DNA of 63,992 bases, the filler included, from Fonticula-like sp. SCN 57-25 (Eukaryota), in the NCBI GenBank assembly GCA_001724245.1. It is 8 parts of 8 records of this genome, joined end to end, with 100 filler letters (N's around TTAATTAATTAA, not from the genome) between each part and the next. Parts side by side here need not be neighbours in the genome. Positions count along the whole stretch, not along the records: positions 31,289 to 41,332 come from MEDX01000354.1; positions 41,433 to 49,002 come from MEDX01000355.1; 6 more parts are not named here. One strand, written 5' to 3'. A program made the translations under genes and the position numbers. The notes below the pieces were generated by a model. That model was given only the letters and a program-made list of their open reading frames with translations. It made no database searches and was not told where the DNA came from. Shown one piece after another: positions 36,998 through 47,567 of this stretch (within the stretch, counting starts at the first letter, position 1; each line of letters starts with the position of its first letter).

Positions 36998-38055
36998 ATG
37001 GACTCTCCGACGACGCCGACTGTTTCGACTGATGCCGCGGCCCCGGCCGCCGCCGCCCCCGCCCCCGCAGCTGCGCCGACGGCCACCGCCGCTGGCCCGA
37101 CGGGCCCCTCGCCCGTCGCCCAGCTCCGCGAGGGCCTTTCCTCTGCCTTTGCGTCGCTGAACCCGCTTGCGCAAAAGGTCAATCTCGGCTTTATGAAGGC
37201 GACTCAGCTTGCCGAGGAGCAGATCGGCACCGCCGAAAAGACCGAGCTTCCGGCCGAGTACCGCGCCCTCGAGGCCAAGGTCGACCGCATCCGCGCGATG
37301 CACGAGAACCTGTCGCGCGCGACGACGCAGTTCCTGAGCCCCGGTACGTCCACGACGCTCAAGCTGCAGGTGGCGGACGTGTTTAGCAATGTCGCCGGCG
37401 CCGTGCACGCCCCGCAGGACAACGCCGTGACGGACAAGCTCCGCGCCGTCAACCTCGACGTGGACTCGAGCCACCAGGTGCTCGGCTCGCACTTTACCAA
37501 GAGCGGTGAGACGATCGGCGATGCCTCGCCGCTCGGCTCGGCGCTCGTAAAGTGCGGCGACGCGCACGACAAGCTCGGCCGCGCGCGCCTCCAGCTCAAC
37601 CTCGAGATCTATGAAAAGTTTGTCAAGCAGCTCAGCGTCACCCTCGAGGGCTCCATCAAGCAGGCCATGATCTGCCGCAAGAACGTGCAGAGCGCCCGCG
37701 TCAACCTCGATGCCCTCAAAAAGGCCGCCAAGTCGGCAAAGCCCGAGAACACCAAGGTCAAGGAGGACCTCGCCGCCGCCCAGCTCACCTTTGACTCGGC
37801 CGTCCAGGCCGCAACCGTCGCCATGCAGGAGGTCATCGCGTCGGTGCGCATAATTTTGTACGGCGTAATTTGGCGCTAAATGTTGATGATTAGCCCGAGC
37901 CCATCGTGCACCTCTCGGACTTTATGGCCGCCATGCTCGACTACTTCCAGCGCGGCCGCGACCTGCTCGCCGAGCTCGCGCCCGAGATCGACGCCATCCG
38001 CGTCGCGCAGGAGGCGCGCACCCCCGAGGAGCGCCTGCGCCTCTCCCTCGCCTAA
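36998..38055 (+). CDS. N-BAR domain protein, Gvp36-like
   Basis: QLAEEQIGTAEKTELPAEYRALEAKVD, RKNVQSARVNLDA, FDSAVQAATVAMQEV; intron 37844-37893. Confidence 0.78.
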
Positions 38056-38194
38056 ACGGCGACGTTTTATCTACGGACGCGGCGGCCGAGTATCCCCGCC
38101 CCATATCCACGCTTTTTGTTTGGCTTATAATAGAGTTTACCCACATGATTTTCTGATTTACTTTGACAATGTATTTACAAACACTCTAAAACGG

Positions 38195-39261
38195 CTAGGC
38201 GTGGGTGAGCTTGCGGCGCTGCGCGCACACGCCGCGCGGGTTGGCGAGCGCCTGCTGCAGCCTCGTGTTGAAGATGCTGACGCCGTAGTTGTGCGAATTT
38301 CCGCTGGACGGCGTGCAGCCGCCGTTGGTGTGGATGCCGATGGCAAAGTTTGACGTCGTGTCAAAGATGGCCGAGCCCGAGTTGCCGTTGCTCGTGTCCA
38401 CCCTGTGGTCGACCGTGTCGCCGCTGCGCCCATGGAAGGGGCCCGACGCGGTCTTTTGCACCCTGCGCTCGGTGGCGGGAAAGTCCTCGTTCTCGCCAAA
38501 GCCAATGATCTCGAGGTTGGCGCCAAACTCGGGGTTCTCGTCGCTGCGCGCCAGGCGGTACAGGAGACCAGTGTAGCGCTCCAGTGGCGTCAGGCCGTGC
38601 TCGCTGTTGGGGAACACGCCAAAGAAGCGCCAGTCGTTCGTGATGCCGTTGTAGGCGGTCTGCATGCTCTCCTGATCAACAATGTACTGATCCTCGGGGC
38701 CGGGATGCACGAGCGTGCCATCCTCCTTGCTCATCGGCACATTGAACTCGACAAGGCCGTAGCCGACGTCGGTGCAGTGACCGGCGCTGAGGAAGCAGTT
38801 GCCGGGCGCGTCCGTGATCCACGCAGTGCAGCAACCATTCGGGTCATCGTAAATGTAGCGGCCCTGGCGCGTATCATTCGAGAGAACACGCGTGTCCGGC
38901 GAATAGCACACGCTCTTCTCCTCCACTGCGCCCTCATTCGACGAAGAAGNACGAGGACGCTGTCGCCGTTAAAGTACGCGGTCGTCAGGCGCCACTGCGC
39001 CGCCGTCACGCCGTTGAGGTGCTGGACAGCGCCGTCCTCCAGGGAAGTGAGACGGAGCGTGTGGCCGTTCAGGCTGAGCTTGCGGAACCGCAGGCGGAGC
39101 CAGCCGGCATCCGACTGGCGGACAACGTCCTCAAAAACAACCTCGCCCTCGCGCTGCGCATTAAAGGTCAGCGTCAGTGCGTCCTCGCCTACCAAAAGCT
39201 GCTGCGCCTGTGCCGCCACGACGCAGAGCGCCAACACGGCCACAAGCGACCAGCGACCCAT
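38195..39261 (-). CDS. Secreted trypsin-like (S1) serine protease with N-terminal accessory domain; interrupted by an assembly N at 38950
   Basis: Signal peptide, CFLSAGHC (His), NDW (Asp), GNSGS (Ser), IGIHTNGGC; frame changes at the single N. Confidence 0.82.
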
Positions 39262-39362
39262 GATGGGATTGCCAGAACGGGGTGTGGGGCAGGTGTGGGG
39301 CGAAACAAAAGATGAATAATGAACAACCGAGCACCAAAAGAGCTAAAAAAAAATTAGGATGG

Positions 39363-39442
39363 TGACGAGGGTGGGATTTGAACCCACGCCCTTTCGGACT
39401 GGTGCCTTAAACCAGCGCCTTAGACCGCTCGGCCACCTCGCC
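39363..39442 (-). tRNA. tRNA-Leu (AAG)
   Basis: GGCGAGGTGGCCGAGCGGTCTAAGGCGCTGGT-TTAAGGC-ACCAGTCCGAAAGGGCGTGGGTTCAAATCCCACCCTCGTCA; long variable arm, A and B boxes, downstream T-run terminator. Confidence 0.96.
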
Positions 39443-39530
39443 TTTCCATGCATAGAGTGGAAAAAAAGGAGCATATAAACGAAAGGCATTGACCAGTTTG
39501 AAAGCGCGCGCGCTGCTCTCGCTCCGAACG

Positions 39531-40604
39531 ATGCTGTGTGCGCGGATCCCGGTGGCGCAGCTGCGCTCGCACGCTGCGGTGCGAGGCATGCTTCGCTGCG
39601 GCTTTAGTGCTGCGGCGACGGCAACGCGGCCGCACCATGTTTCTTCCAAGGACGGGTCCCGGAAAGGCGAGGTCGTTGTCGTGACATCGGGCAAAGGTGC
39701 GCGCGCAGCCAGCGCGGGATGTTGCGGCGGTACTGACCGCCATTGTTTTTCCCTTCCTTTGTGCGCGCTCTCTAGGCGGAGTGGGCAAGACGACGACTGC
39801 TGCCAGTTTTGCGTATGGACTTGCCCAGGCTGGCATGAAGACGTGCGCCATTGATTTCGACATTGGCCTGCGGAATTTAGACTTGCACCTGGTACGCTGC
39901 TCGCGTGCTTAATGTTTTGTGTCGACTAATGCCACGTGCAGGGCATGGAGCGCCGTGTGATCTACGACTTTGTCCATGTCATCCGCGGCGATGCGACGCT
40001 TCAGCAGAGTCTTATTCGCGACCGCCGCTGCGGCGATCTCTACGTTCTCGCTGCTTCCCAGACGCGCGACAAGACTGCGCTCACCGAGGACGGCGTCTCT
40101 CGCGTTCTCAACGAGCTTCGCCAGAGCTTTGACTATATCGTGTGCGACTCTCCCGCCGGCATTGAAAGCGGCGCCTTCCACGCCATGTACTATGCCGACC
40201 GCGCCATTGTGTGCACCAACCCCGAGGTGTCGTCGGTGCGCGACTCTGACAAGATGCTCGGCATCCTCAATAGCAAGTCGCACCGCGCGGTCAACGGCCT
40301 CGAGCCGATCGAGGCGCTGCTCCTCATCACGCGGTACCAGCCCGAGCTCGTCTCCAAGGACGCGATGCTCTCCGTCGACGACATCAATGAGATGCTCGGC
40401 ATTCCGTGCATCGGCGTCATCCCAGAGTCAAAGGACGTCATCGCCAGCGCCAACGTCGGCCAGCCCGTCATCCTCGCCGGGGACGACTCGGCGGCCGCCC
40501 AGGCGTACAAGGACTTTGTCCGGCGCTTCCTCGGCGAGGAGGTCCCGTTCAAGTTCCTCACGCCAGAGCCAAAGAGCCTGCTGTCGCGCATCTTTGGCCG
40601 ATGA
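39531..40604 (+). CDS. minD: Septum site-determining ATPase MinD, nucleus-encoded, predicted mitochondrial
   Basis: After splicing 39697-39775 and 39892-39941: [51 protein letters not shown]-terminal amphipathic [10 protein letters not shown]; Arg-rich presequence without acidic residues. Confidence 0.96.
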
Positions 40605-41332
40605 GCGGGGGCAACAGACAACGATGCACAGCCTCTAGTATGTTGGGGGATACGAATTTATAATCAGTTGGCGCGGCCAAAAGAAGCGCTTTTGGGCAAA
40701 TGTAAAAACTAATGATCTACTTGAATACAGTATTATCCTCCTTTAGTGGCACAGCAAAGAACCGTTTATAGTGGAAGGGCATTGTACGCTCGCAAGGGAA
40801 GGGCGAGGAACAGTGTCAAAGTATACGATGATCTGCGATTGGTCGATTTTGCTAATCGTCGCTTGTGATTGGTCCAATATTCCTATTAAATTGTATTGAT
40901 GCATTGCGCGCTAAATAGCCCAAGAATAAAAGCACGAAGAGGTCATATGTGGTGAAAATAGCAAAGTATACAATACACCAGTGTTGTTTGAGAGTTAATA
41001 TAGATGCTTTCAGTGAGGCGGACATTTCTCTCTTTCGCTCAACAGATCACATTGGTAAGCCTACAAATCAACTTGATGGACTGCTTGAAATCTTTCCCTT
41101 TTGATATGTTTGAAGGATGAAAAAAAGTGCTTCCTTTTTTGTCTCGCTTGGGCCACAACTGAACAACAGTCTTGCAAGAGTACTGGCGCTCTGGAGCATT
41201 GTTCAATGCGCGTTTTGATAAAGTTATCACGTCAAGTTAAGTGTCATCGATGACACATAGCGTTAAGTGTCATCGAATCACGTGATCATATGGGATGACT
41301 GCGCATAATCCGGGTTTTTTCCGGATTTTTTC

Positions 41333-41432
41333 NNNNNNNNNNNNNNNNNNNNNNNNNNNNNNNNNNNNNNNNNNNNTTAATTAATTAANNNNNNNNNNNN
41401 NNNNNNNNNNNNNNNNNNNNNNNNNNNNNNNN
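41333..41432. other. Artificial contig spacer
   Basis: N44-TTAATTAATTAA-N44. Confidence 0.98.
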
Positions 41433-41603
41433 ATGATTGGCTCGCCGGGCGAATAACGCAAATTGATTGGTGATTACAAATTAGCTGTAATCTTGTGTAA
41501 TCCCAGCGTAATCCATTTGCGTGCACTGTTACGCGCGTCAAACGCGCGTCACGACAGGCTTGCCGGGGCGGACCTGTGTGCGGGCAGATTATCACACGTG
41601 GCG

Positions 41604-42686
41604 ATGGAGCTTCCAATTCACCTTGGCGGCAAGCCACGAGGCGTGTCAACCTTCACGTCGATAGTACAGTCGTATATCCGCACGATATTGACGAACCGCG
41701 CGACGCGTAATGTGTTTTTCTACCTGCTGCTGAACCTGTCGTTCACCGGCGTCGAGATCCTCTACGGCATGTGGACCAACAGCCTGGGCCTTATCGGCGA
41801 TGGCCTGCACATGCTGTTTGACTCGTCAGCGCTCATTGGCAGTCTTGTTGCGTCGGTTATCGTAAAGTGGCCGTCGAACGACCGCTTTTCGTACGGCTAC
41901 GACCGCACAGAGACGCTGACCGGGTTTGTAAACTCGCTGCTCCTTCTCTACGCCGCCGCCTCCATCTTTTTCGAGTCGATCGGGAGACTTTTTGAGCCGC
42001 CAGAGGTCAGCACGGACCGCCTTTTGGTGCGTTGCTAGTTATTTGCATCAATGGTCTAACACGCCTTTCTTTAGCTTGTTGCTGTCCTTGGCTTCATTGT
42101 GAATCTTGTCGGCATCTTTGCATTTGAGCACGGCGGTCACGGCCACAGCCATAGCCACGGCGGCCACGGCCACAGCCACGACGATCACGGCCACGGCCAC
42201 GACGATCACGATCACGGCCATGGCAACAACAACCACTCGAACCCGCTCATGCAGGGCATGTTCCTTCACATTCTCGCCGACACGCTCGGCTCTGTCGGCG
42301 TGATCGTGTCGGCGCTCATGATCGACTGGTTCGGCTGGGTGTACGCCGACCCGATCTGCTCGCTCTTCATCTCGATCATGATCATCGCGTCCGTGATCCC
42401 GCTTCTCAAGGCGTCGGCGCTCGTGCTGCTGCAGCGGTGCCCCGCTGCCCTCGAGGACCGCCTCGGCGCGTGCTTTATGAGGGTGCAAAAGATCCCGGGC
42501 GTCGTCGGAATCGCCGAGCCGCACTTTTGGGAGCAGAGCAGCGAACGCTATATTGGGTCGCTCAAGGTGCAGGCCACGCCCGATGCCGACGAGCAAAAGA
42601 TTAGAATCCTGGTCACTAACATCTTCAAGCAGGCCGGCGTGTCGTCGTTCTGCCTGCAGGTCGACAAGGCCATCAACACTTACTAG
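41604..42686 (+). CDS. Cation diffusion facilitator zinc transporter (ZnT7/ZnT5/Msc2-like)
   Basis: TNSLGLIGDGLHMLFD, FSYGYDR, His-rich loop, FLHILADTLGS; one intron. Confidence 0.92.
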
Positions 42687-42960
42687 ACAATCGAAATGGG
42701 AATAGAGGCGCACGCCCCTTTCTTTTTCGATCGCTCTCCTTATTCCGCTGTGTTTAATAGAACTGCTCTATATTGTGTATCACGCTTCGTTGTGCGATTA
42801 ATAGATACTTGATTTATTTACACAAGAAAACTATCAAAAGGCGCTTCCTTTTAGGCAGGCGTTTTCGCTCCAATCACTGCAAGAGAGACACGTAAAGATG
42901 GGTCAAAAATTAAGCATAGAGATGGACAGGTGGATAAAACAGATATCACAGTTTCCTCAT

Positions 42961-44277
42961 CTACTCGTCGTCCTCCTCGTCCGACTCTTCCTCGGCATTG
43001 CGCAGCCACTCGATAAAGGGCGCGGCGTGGCTGCGGATGGCCTTGGCAACGTCCTGCTTGACATAGTCGTTCGAGGTGCTGTCGGCCCACTCGAGGACGA
43101 CCTCCTCCTCGACAACGTCGCGGTCGTAGAGGTACTTGAGCACGCGGCTAATGTCCTTTTGCCAGTCCTTGTTCTGGTAGAGGAGGCGCTCGAGGCCGCC
43201 GAGGAGACCAAGCTGCATGCTCTTGCCCTTGACAAACTGCTGCATGAGAGCGACGCGCTTGGGCAGCTCGGCCACCAGCGCCTGCTCAAACCAAACCTGC
43301 ACAGCGACGGCGGCGGCGCGGTCCGCGCGCAGCTTGAGCTTCTCGTAGAGGGCGGTCAGCTCGGCGCCGGCGGTCGCCTTGGACGCCGCATCGGCAAACT
43401 GGCTGGCGGCGTCGGCAGCCGACACCTTCTCGACCTGCGCAGTGTCGTTGGCGATCAGGCGGCGGATGCCGTCGTTCATAGAGTTCAGGTCGGCCTGGCG
43501 GAGCGCCTCGGCGGCGGCGATAACGTCGGCCGAAAACTCCTCATCGTCGTCCTCGGCGGCACCGGGGGACGGCATCGACGAGGTCGGGTCCGAGCCTTCG
43601 GCGCCGAGCACGGGCGTGAACTGCATGCCGGCCTCCTCCTCCTCGTCGCCCACGTTGGACGGCGTGCGCGAGGCGGTGCCGTTGCTCTTGGGGGTCGGCG
43701 ACGGGTCGTCGTCGTCGGCGTTGTCGTCCTCGTTGTCAGAGCCGCGCTTGCTGCCGGGGTTCTTGAGCTGGCGCTCCTTGCGGCGCTCCTCCTTGGTCTT
43801 CTTCTTGGCGCCGCCCGAGCCGGCAGCGTTGCCGGCCGTCGCGGGGGGGTTCTTGAGAATGTACGTGATGAGCTTGTTGGTCATGTCGGCGCGGCTGATG
43901 GCGCCGCACGCCTTGCAGTTAAGGAGTAGGTTCTGCTTGCGGTCAATGACCATGTCCGTCTCGGGGTTGCTGCACGAAAAGCAAAGCACAAACTTTTTGA
44001 TGAAGACGTCCAGGAGCTCGGCAAGGCGCGGAGTGTCATGGGCACCGTTCACAATGTAGCGAGACGCCTTGTCGTCCATGATGGTCTGGGCGCCCAGCTC
44101 GCAACCAAAGAACTTGGTCGGGTAGGACGGGGGGCGCGCGAGCGAGCGCGCCACTTCCTCCATGTTGGTGACGACCGTCTTGATGCCGTTACCCTTGCCC
44201 TCAATCTTGGACTGAAGGCGGGGCATCTTGTAGCGGTAGAAGGCATCCTGAACCTCGCGATTGATGTTGACCGACAT
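42961..44277 (-). CDS. EIF5: Translation initiation factor eIF5
   Basis: FYRYKMPRLQSKIEGKGNGIKT, FGCELGAQT, C-x2-C zinc ribbon, W2 domain LYDRDVVEEEVVLEW...PFIEWLRNAEEES. Confidence 0.97.
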   Translation of the reverse strand: MSVNINREVQDAFYRYKMPRLQSKIEGKGNGIKTVVTNMEEVARSLARPPSYPTKFFGCELGAQTIMDDKASRYIVNGAHDTPRLAELLDVFIKKFVLCFSCSNPETDMVIDRKQNLLLNCKACGAISRADMTNKLITYILKNPPATAGNAAGSGGAKKKTKEERRKERQLKNPGSKRGSDNEDDNADDDDPSPTPKSNGTASRTPSNVGDEEEEAGMQFTPVLGAEGSDPTSSMPSPGAAEDDDEEFSADVIAAAEALRQADLNSMNDGIRRLIANDTAQVEKVSAADAASQFADAASKATAGAELTALYEKLKLRADRAAAVAVQVWFEQALVAELPKRVALMQQFVKGKSMQLGLLGGLERLLYQNKDWQKDISRVLKYLYDRDVVEEEVVLEWADSTSNDYVKQDVAKAIRSHAAPFIEWLRNAEEESDEEDDE

Positions 44278-44375
44278 GATGGCGATGCTTTACGTCAAAA
44301 TGCGATGATAAAGTGGATAGAGTGAAGAGACAAAATAGAGAGAAAAACAAGACTACTCCGATACTCAGAGCTGGC

Positions 44376-44538
44376 TTAGGAAAAGGCGATGTGCGGCTTG
44401 GCTCGAATTCTGCAATGCATGAGCAAAGGAAGAATCAGCGTAACTAGCGTACCGGGCAGGATCAGGCTTCTTCGCGAGAGGACCGGAATCTGTGTTGACG
44501 AACGTAATTTTTAATTTCGTGCTTGTGCGCACTAACAT
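44376..44538 (-). promoter_or_regulatory. Upstream ORF in the eIF5 5' leader, AUG in poor context
   Basis: ttcATGt start; reads MLVRTSTKLKITFVNTDSGPLAKKPDPAR|IRAKPHIAFS* across predicted intron 44410-44452. Confidence 0.6.
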
Positions 44539-45321
44539 GAATCGGGGGACGGAGTGTTGGATAGACTCCGATTCGAGTGATTGCCAAGCGAGACTCGGTC
44601 TACGCGGGCAAATATACACCGGGAACCTCTTCGAGACCCGACAACCGACTGGCAAAAGAGAGAACGACGCCCTAACGCAACTGCACATAGATCAGTCTCT
44701 GGTCAACACGTTCGCGCACGCGCACGCACCAAGGGCAAACGCAGAACGGCCTGAAACGCCGAAAGCAAAATCAATGGGTTGACGTGGCACAGGTGCAAGC
44801 ACGTGGACCAACCAGGTTCAACCTCAAACTCGACGCGAGCCTTTACTGTCCTTCAACGAGGAAACAAGCAGCAAGGACCGTCAACCGAGACACACAGCGA
44901 CCGCCAGAGACCAAAGCTAGGGCTCTTTTCCTTGTTCTCGCTCCCGAGATCTCCCAAGGACGGAACGTCGAAACACGAAATACGCGCGAAAAAGAAAAGG
45001 AATCCACATGGGACCCGATCAGGGACCCCACCCTCGGACCACGTCAAGGTAGCCAAACCTGTATCACCCCGTTGTGTCAGCATTTGCCCGTCAAGTGTGC
45101 ACGTGAAGTGTTTGCTGCCGCTTATTGGGGGGCAGCGGTCGAGGGGCTCGGCAAACGCGATCCCCGCGCCCGCGCGATAAAGGAGGCCCCCGCTTACTTC
45201 ATTCTTGCCGCACGCCGGCGTTCTGGTCACTCCTTTGTAAGAGGAGAAGGCATCTCCGTGGCAGGGCAGCCCCGTCGGATCGCAGATTTCGTTGCTGTTC
45301 CGCCCAGTACTATTGTGCAGC

Positions 45322-47369
45322 ATGGGGCGGCTGGCGACGACGGCATTGTGTGTCGCGCTTGTTGCGCTGTGCGCGTCTTCCACGTGGGCGCGGCGTGCCG
45401 ATGGCGGCCGCGCGTGGGTCGTGCTTGAGGATTCCGTGGACGCCGTGCAGGAGGCGATCGATCAAGGTCTCAAATTTGGTGTTACCGAGCTGCAGCTCTC
45501 GCACAACATCATTATGGACATTGACGATGTGTTTGATGAGGCGCGCGCCGCCCGCATCAACACGTACATTGACATGGCACACGCCGCCAACATGACTGCC
45601 GTCGTGTGGACGCACGAGTTCAACGCCGTCGGCGGCGTCCGCGTCTGCTTTGAGCCGAGCGATCCCGTATGGGAATCGCGCCGCGAGGCCTACCGCCGCG
45701 GCCTCGCTGCGATCCCCGAAGTGGACGGCGTCGTCCTCATGTTTGGCTCCTCATCCCTCGAGCCCTGGTATGCCATGTGCACGTGCGACTACTGCACGAG
45801 CAACACGACTGTGCCCTCCCCGCTTCGCCCTCTGCTGATCCCCTCGCCGCCCGAGCGCGTCGAGATGCTCGTCCGCCTCGTCCACGACGTCGTCACTGTC
45901 GAGCACGGCCTCAAGGTCATCGTGCGCATGTTTACGCACCGCCCCGTCGAGATCGAATACCTTCACGACGCCTTTATGCGCATGCAGGACATTGACGATC
46001 TCATCGTGATGAGCAAGGACGTCCCGCAGGACTTTGAGCCGTACTACCCGCGCGACCCGCTCGTCGGCGCGTTCCCATGGCTCGCGCACATTGTCGAGGC
46101 CGACGCCGCCGGCGAGTACTGGGGCAGGTCCGTGCTTCCTTTTGCGGCGCCGGCGTACTGGGAGCGCAGGATGCAAGAGTTCCCCGTGCAGCTCGACGGC
46201 TACGCGGCGCGCGTCTCGCGCGACAGCGACCGCGCAATCGGCACGCCAAACGAGGTGAACCTCCTTTCTCTCCAGCGCATTTTCGAAAACAGCTCGGCGA
46301 TCGCAGAGGATATCATGCAAGAGTTTGTCGCGACGCACTATGGCGCTGCGTCGCCCAGTGCGCAGAACAGCATTGCGCGCGCACTCGCCATGACGCAGGA
46401 CATTGGCCGCAAGATGTACTACTTTCTCGGTGCGTTTTCCATGTTTTCCCATCCCTTTTTCCTTTTCTAACGTTGTTTTACGCAGGTTTCTGGGCTCTGG
46501 AAAAGAGCAGCAGCCTTCCCAGCGCCCTTCACGGCACGCCGCTGCTCGTCGGCCGCTCAATCGCCCGCTACGACGAAGACTACACGGGCGTCTTTATGGG
46601 TGCGTCCACTTTGCTGTTTGGACATTTTCTCACCTTTTTCGCAGAGCTTTTGTCGCCGACGCGCTCGACGCTTGTCTCGCTTCGCCAGGAAAAGCTTGAG
46701 GCACTTCAGCTGAGCGCTGTCGCACAGTCTCTCGTGTCGTCCGCCGCGTCGCTCGACCCTTCCGTCGACCTCTCTGACCTCTCCTTCCGCCTTCGCCACC
46801 AGTCGCTGTGTACCGACGTGTGGTCGCAGGTGGCCGAGAGCGTGTGGGCGTACCGCATGTGGCGAACCGACGGCGCCGACGAAGCCGCCGCGTGGGTCGT
46901 CGACGCGCTCGACCGCCTGGACGAGCTCGCCGACCTCATCGAGGACGACATTAGCGCCAATGACCAGTGGCCCTGCGACGCGATTTCCATCCGCGAGCTC
47001 GTCGTCGAGATGCGCCCGCGCGTGCCGGCCGACGTGCAGGGTGCGCTTAGAAAGCAGACTTTTGTGTTCCCTCCGACGCTTCGCGTCGCGAGCGATGGCA
47101 CGTCGGCCGAGCTCGACATTAGACTCGAGGCCGCCGGCACGGCCGAGGTGCAGTTTGGCGAAAAGGCGCCGACGTACGGCGCCGTTGTGCCGACGCAGGG
47201 CGCCGCCGCCGTCGAGCACAGCGTCACGCTCAGCGGCCTCGTGCCGGGCAAGTGGTACGCGCTGCGCGTCGTTGCGCAGGGCGTCGACGAGCAGGGCGAG
47301 GCGTGGGAGACCAGTGGGTCAGACTATTGGTTCTGCGCGCGGCCGACGTTCCGCCTTGACGGCTGGTAA
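45322..47369 (+). CDS. Secreted protein with predicted glycoside-hydrolase-like barrel and C-terminal FN3-like domain
   Basis: Signal peptide; GVTELQLSHNII, VVWTHEF, VRMFTH, MSKDVPQDFEP, IVEADAAGEYWG; C-terminal EHSVTLSGLVPGKWYALRVVA; two introns. Confidence 0.6.
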
Positions 47370-47567
47370 AGGGGCAATTTCGTGTAATGTTTTGTGCAAT
47401 TCAGTTCTTTTTTTTGCTTAATTTGTATCGAGATATAGTCACTTATATTATACTAATGCATTTCGCAACGAAAAAAGCCTCGCGAACGTGAATGACGAGC
47501 AAGTATGCATGCGCGCAATGCCACCATAAAAAAACAGTACTTGGAACAAATATAAAAACACAGAATG

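Noticed and set aside
38940-38960. Frameshift in the protease gene as pseudogenisation or recoding
   Set aside because: Coincides with a single N, i.e. a scaffold gap of unknown size
39531-40604. MinD and RF2 as bacterial contamination or endosymbiont DNA
   Set aside because: Both contain spliceosomal introns of the host style, have N-terminal extensions, and are flanked by eukaryotic genes; no minC/minE operon context
44288-44364. GTATC donor as a U12-type intron
   Set aside because: Sequence is GTATCGGA, not GTATCCTT, and no TCCTTAAC branch site is present
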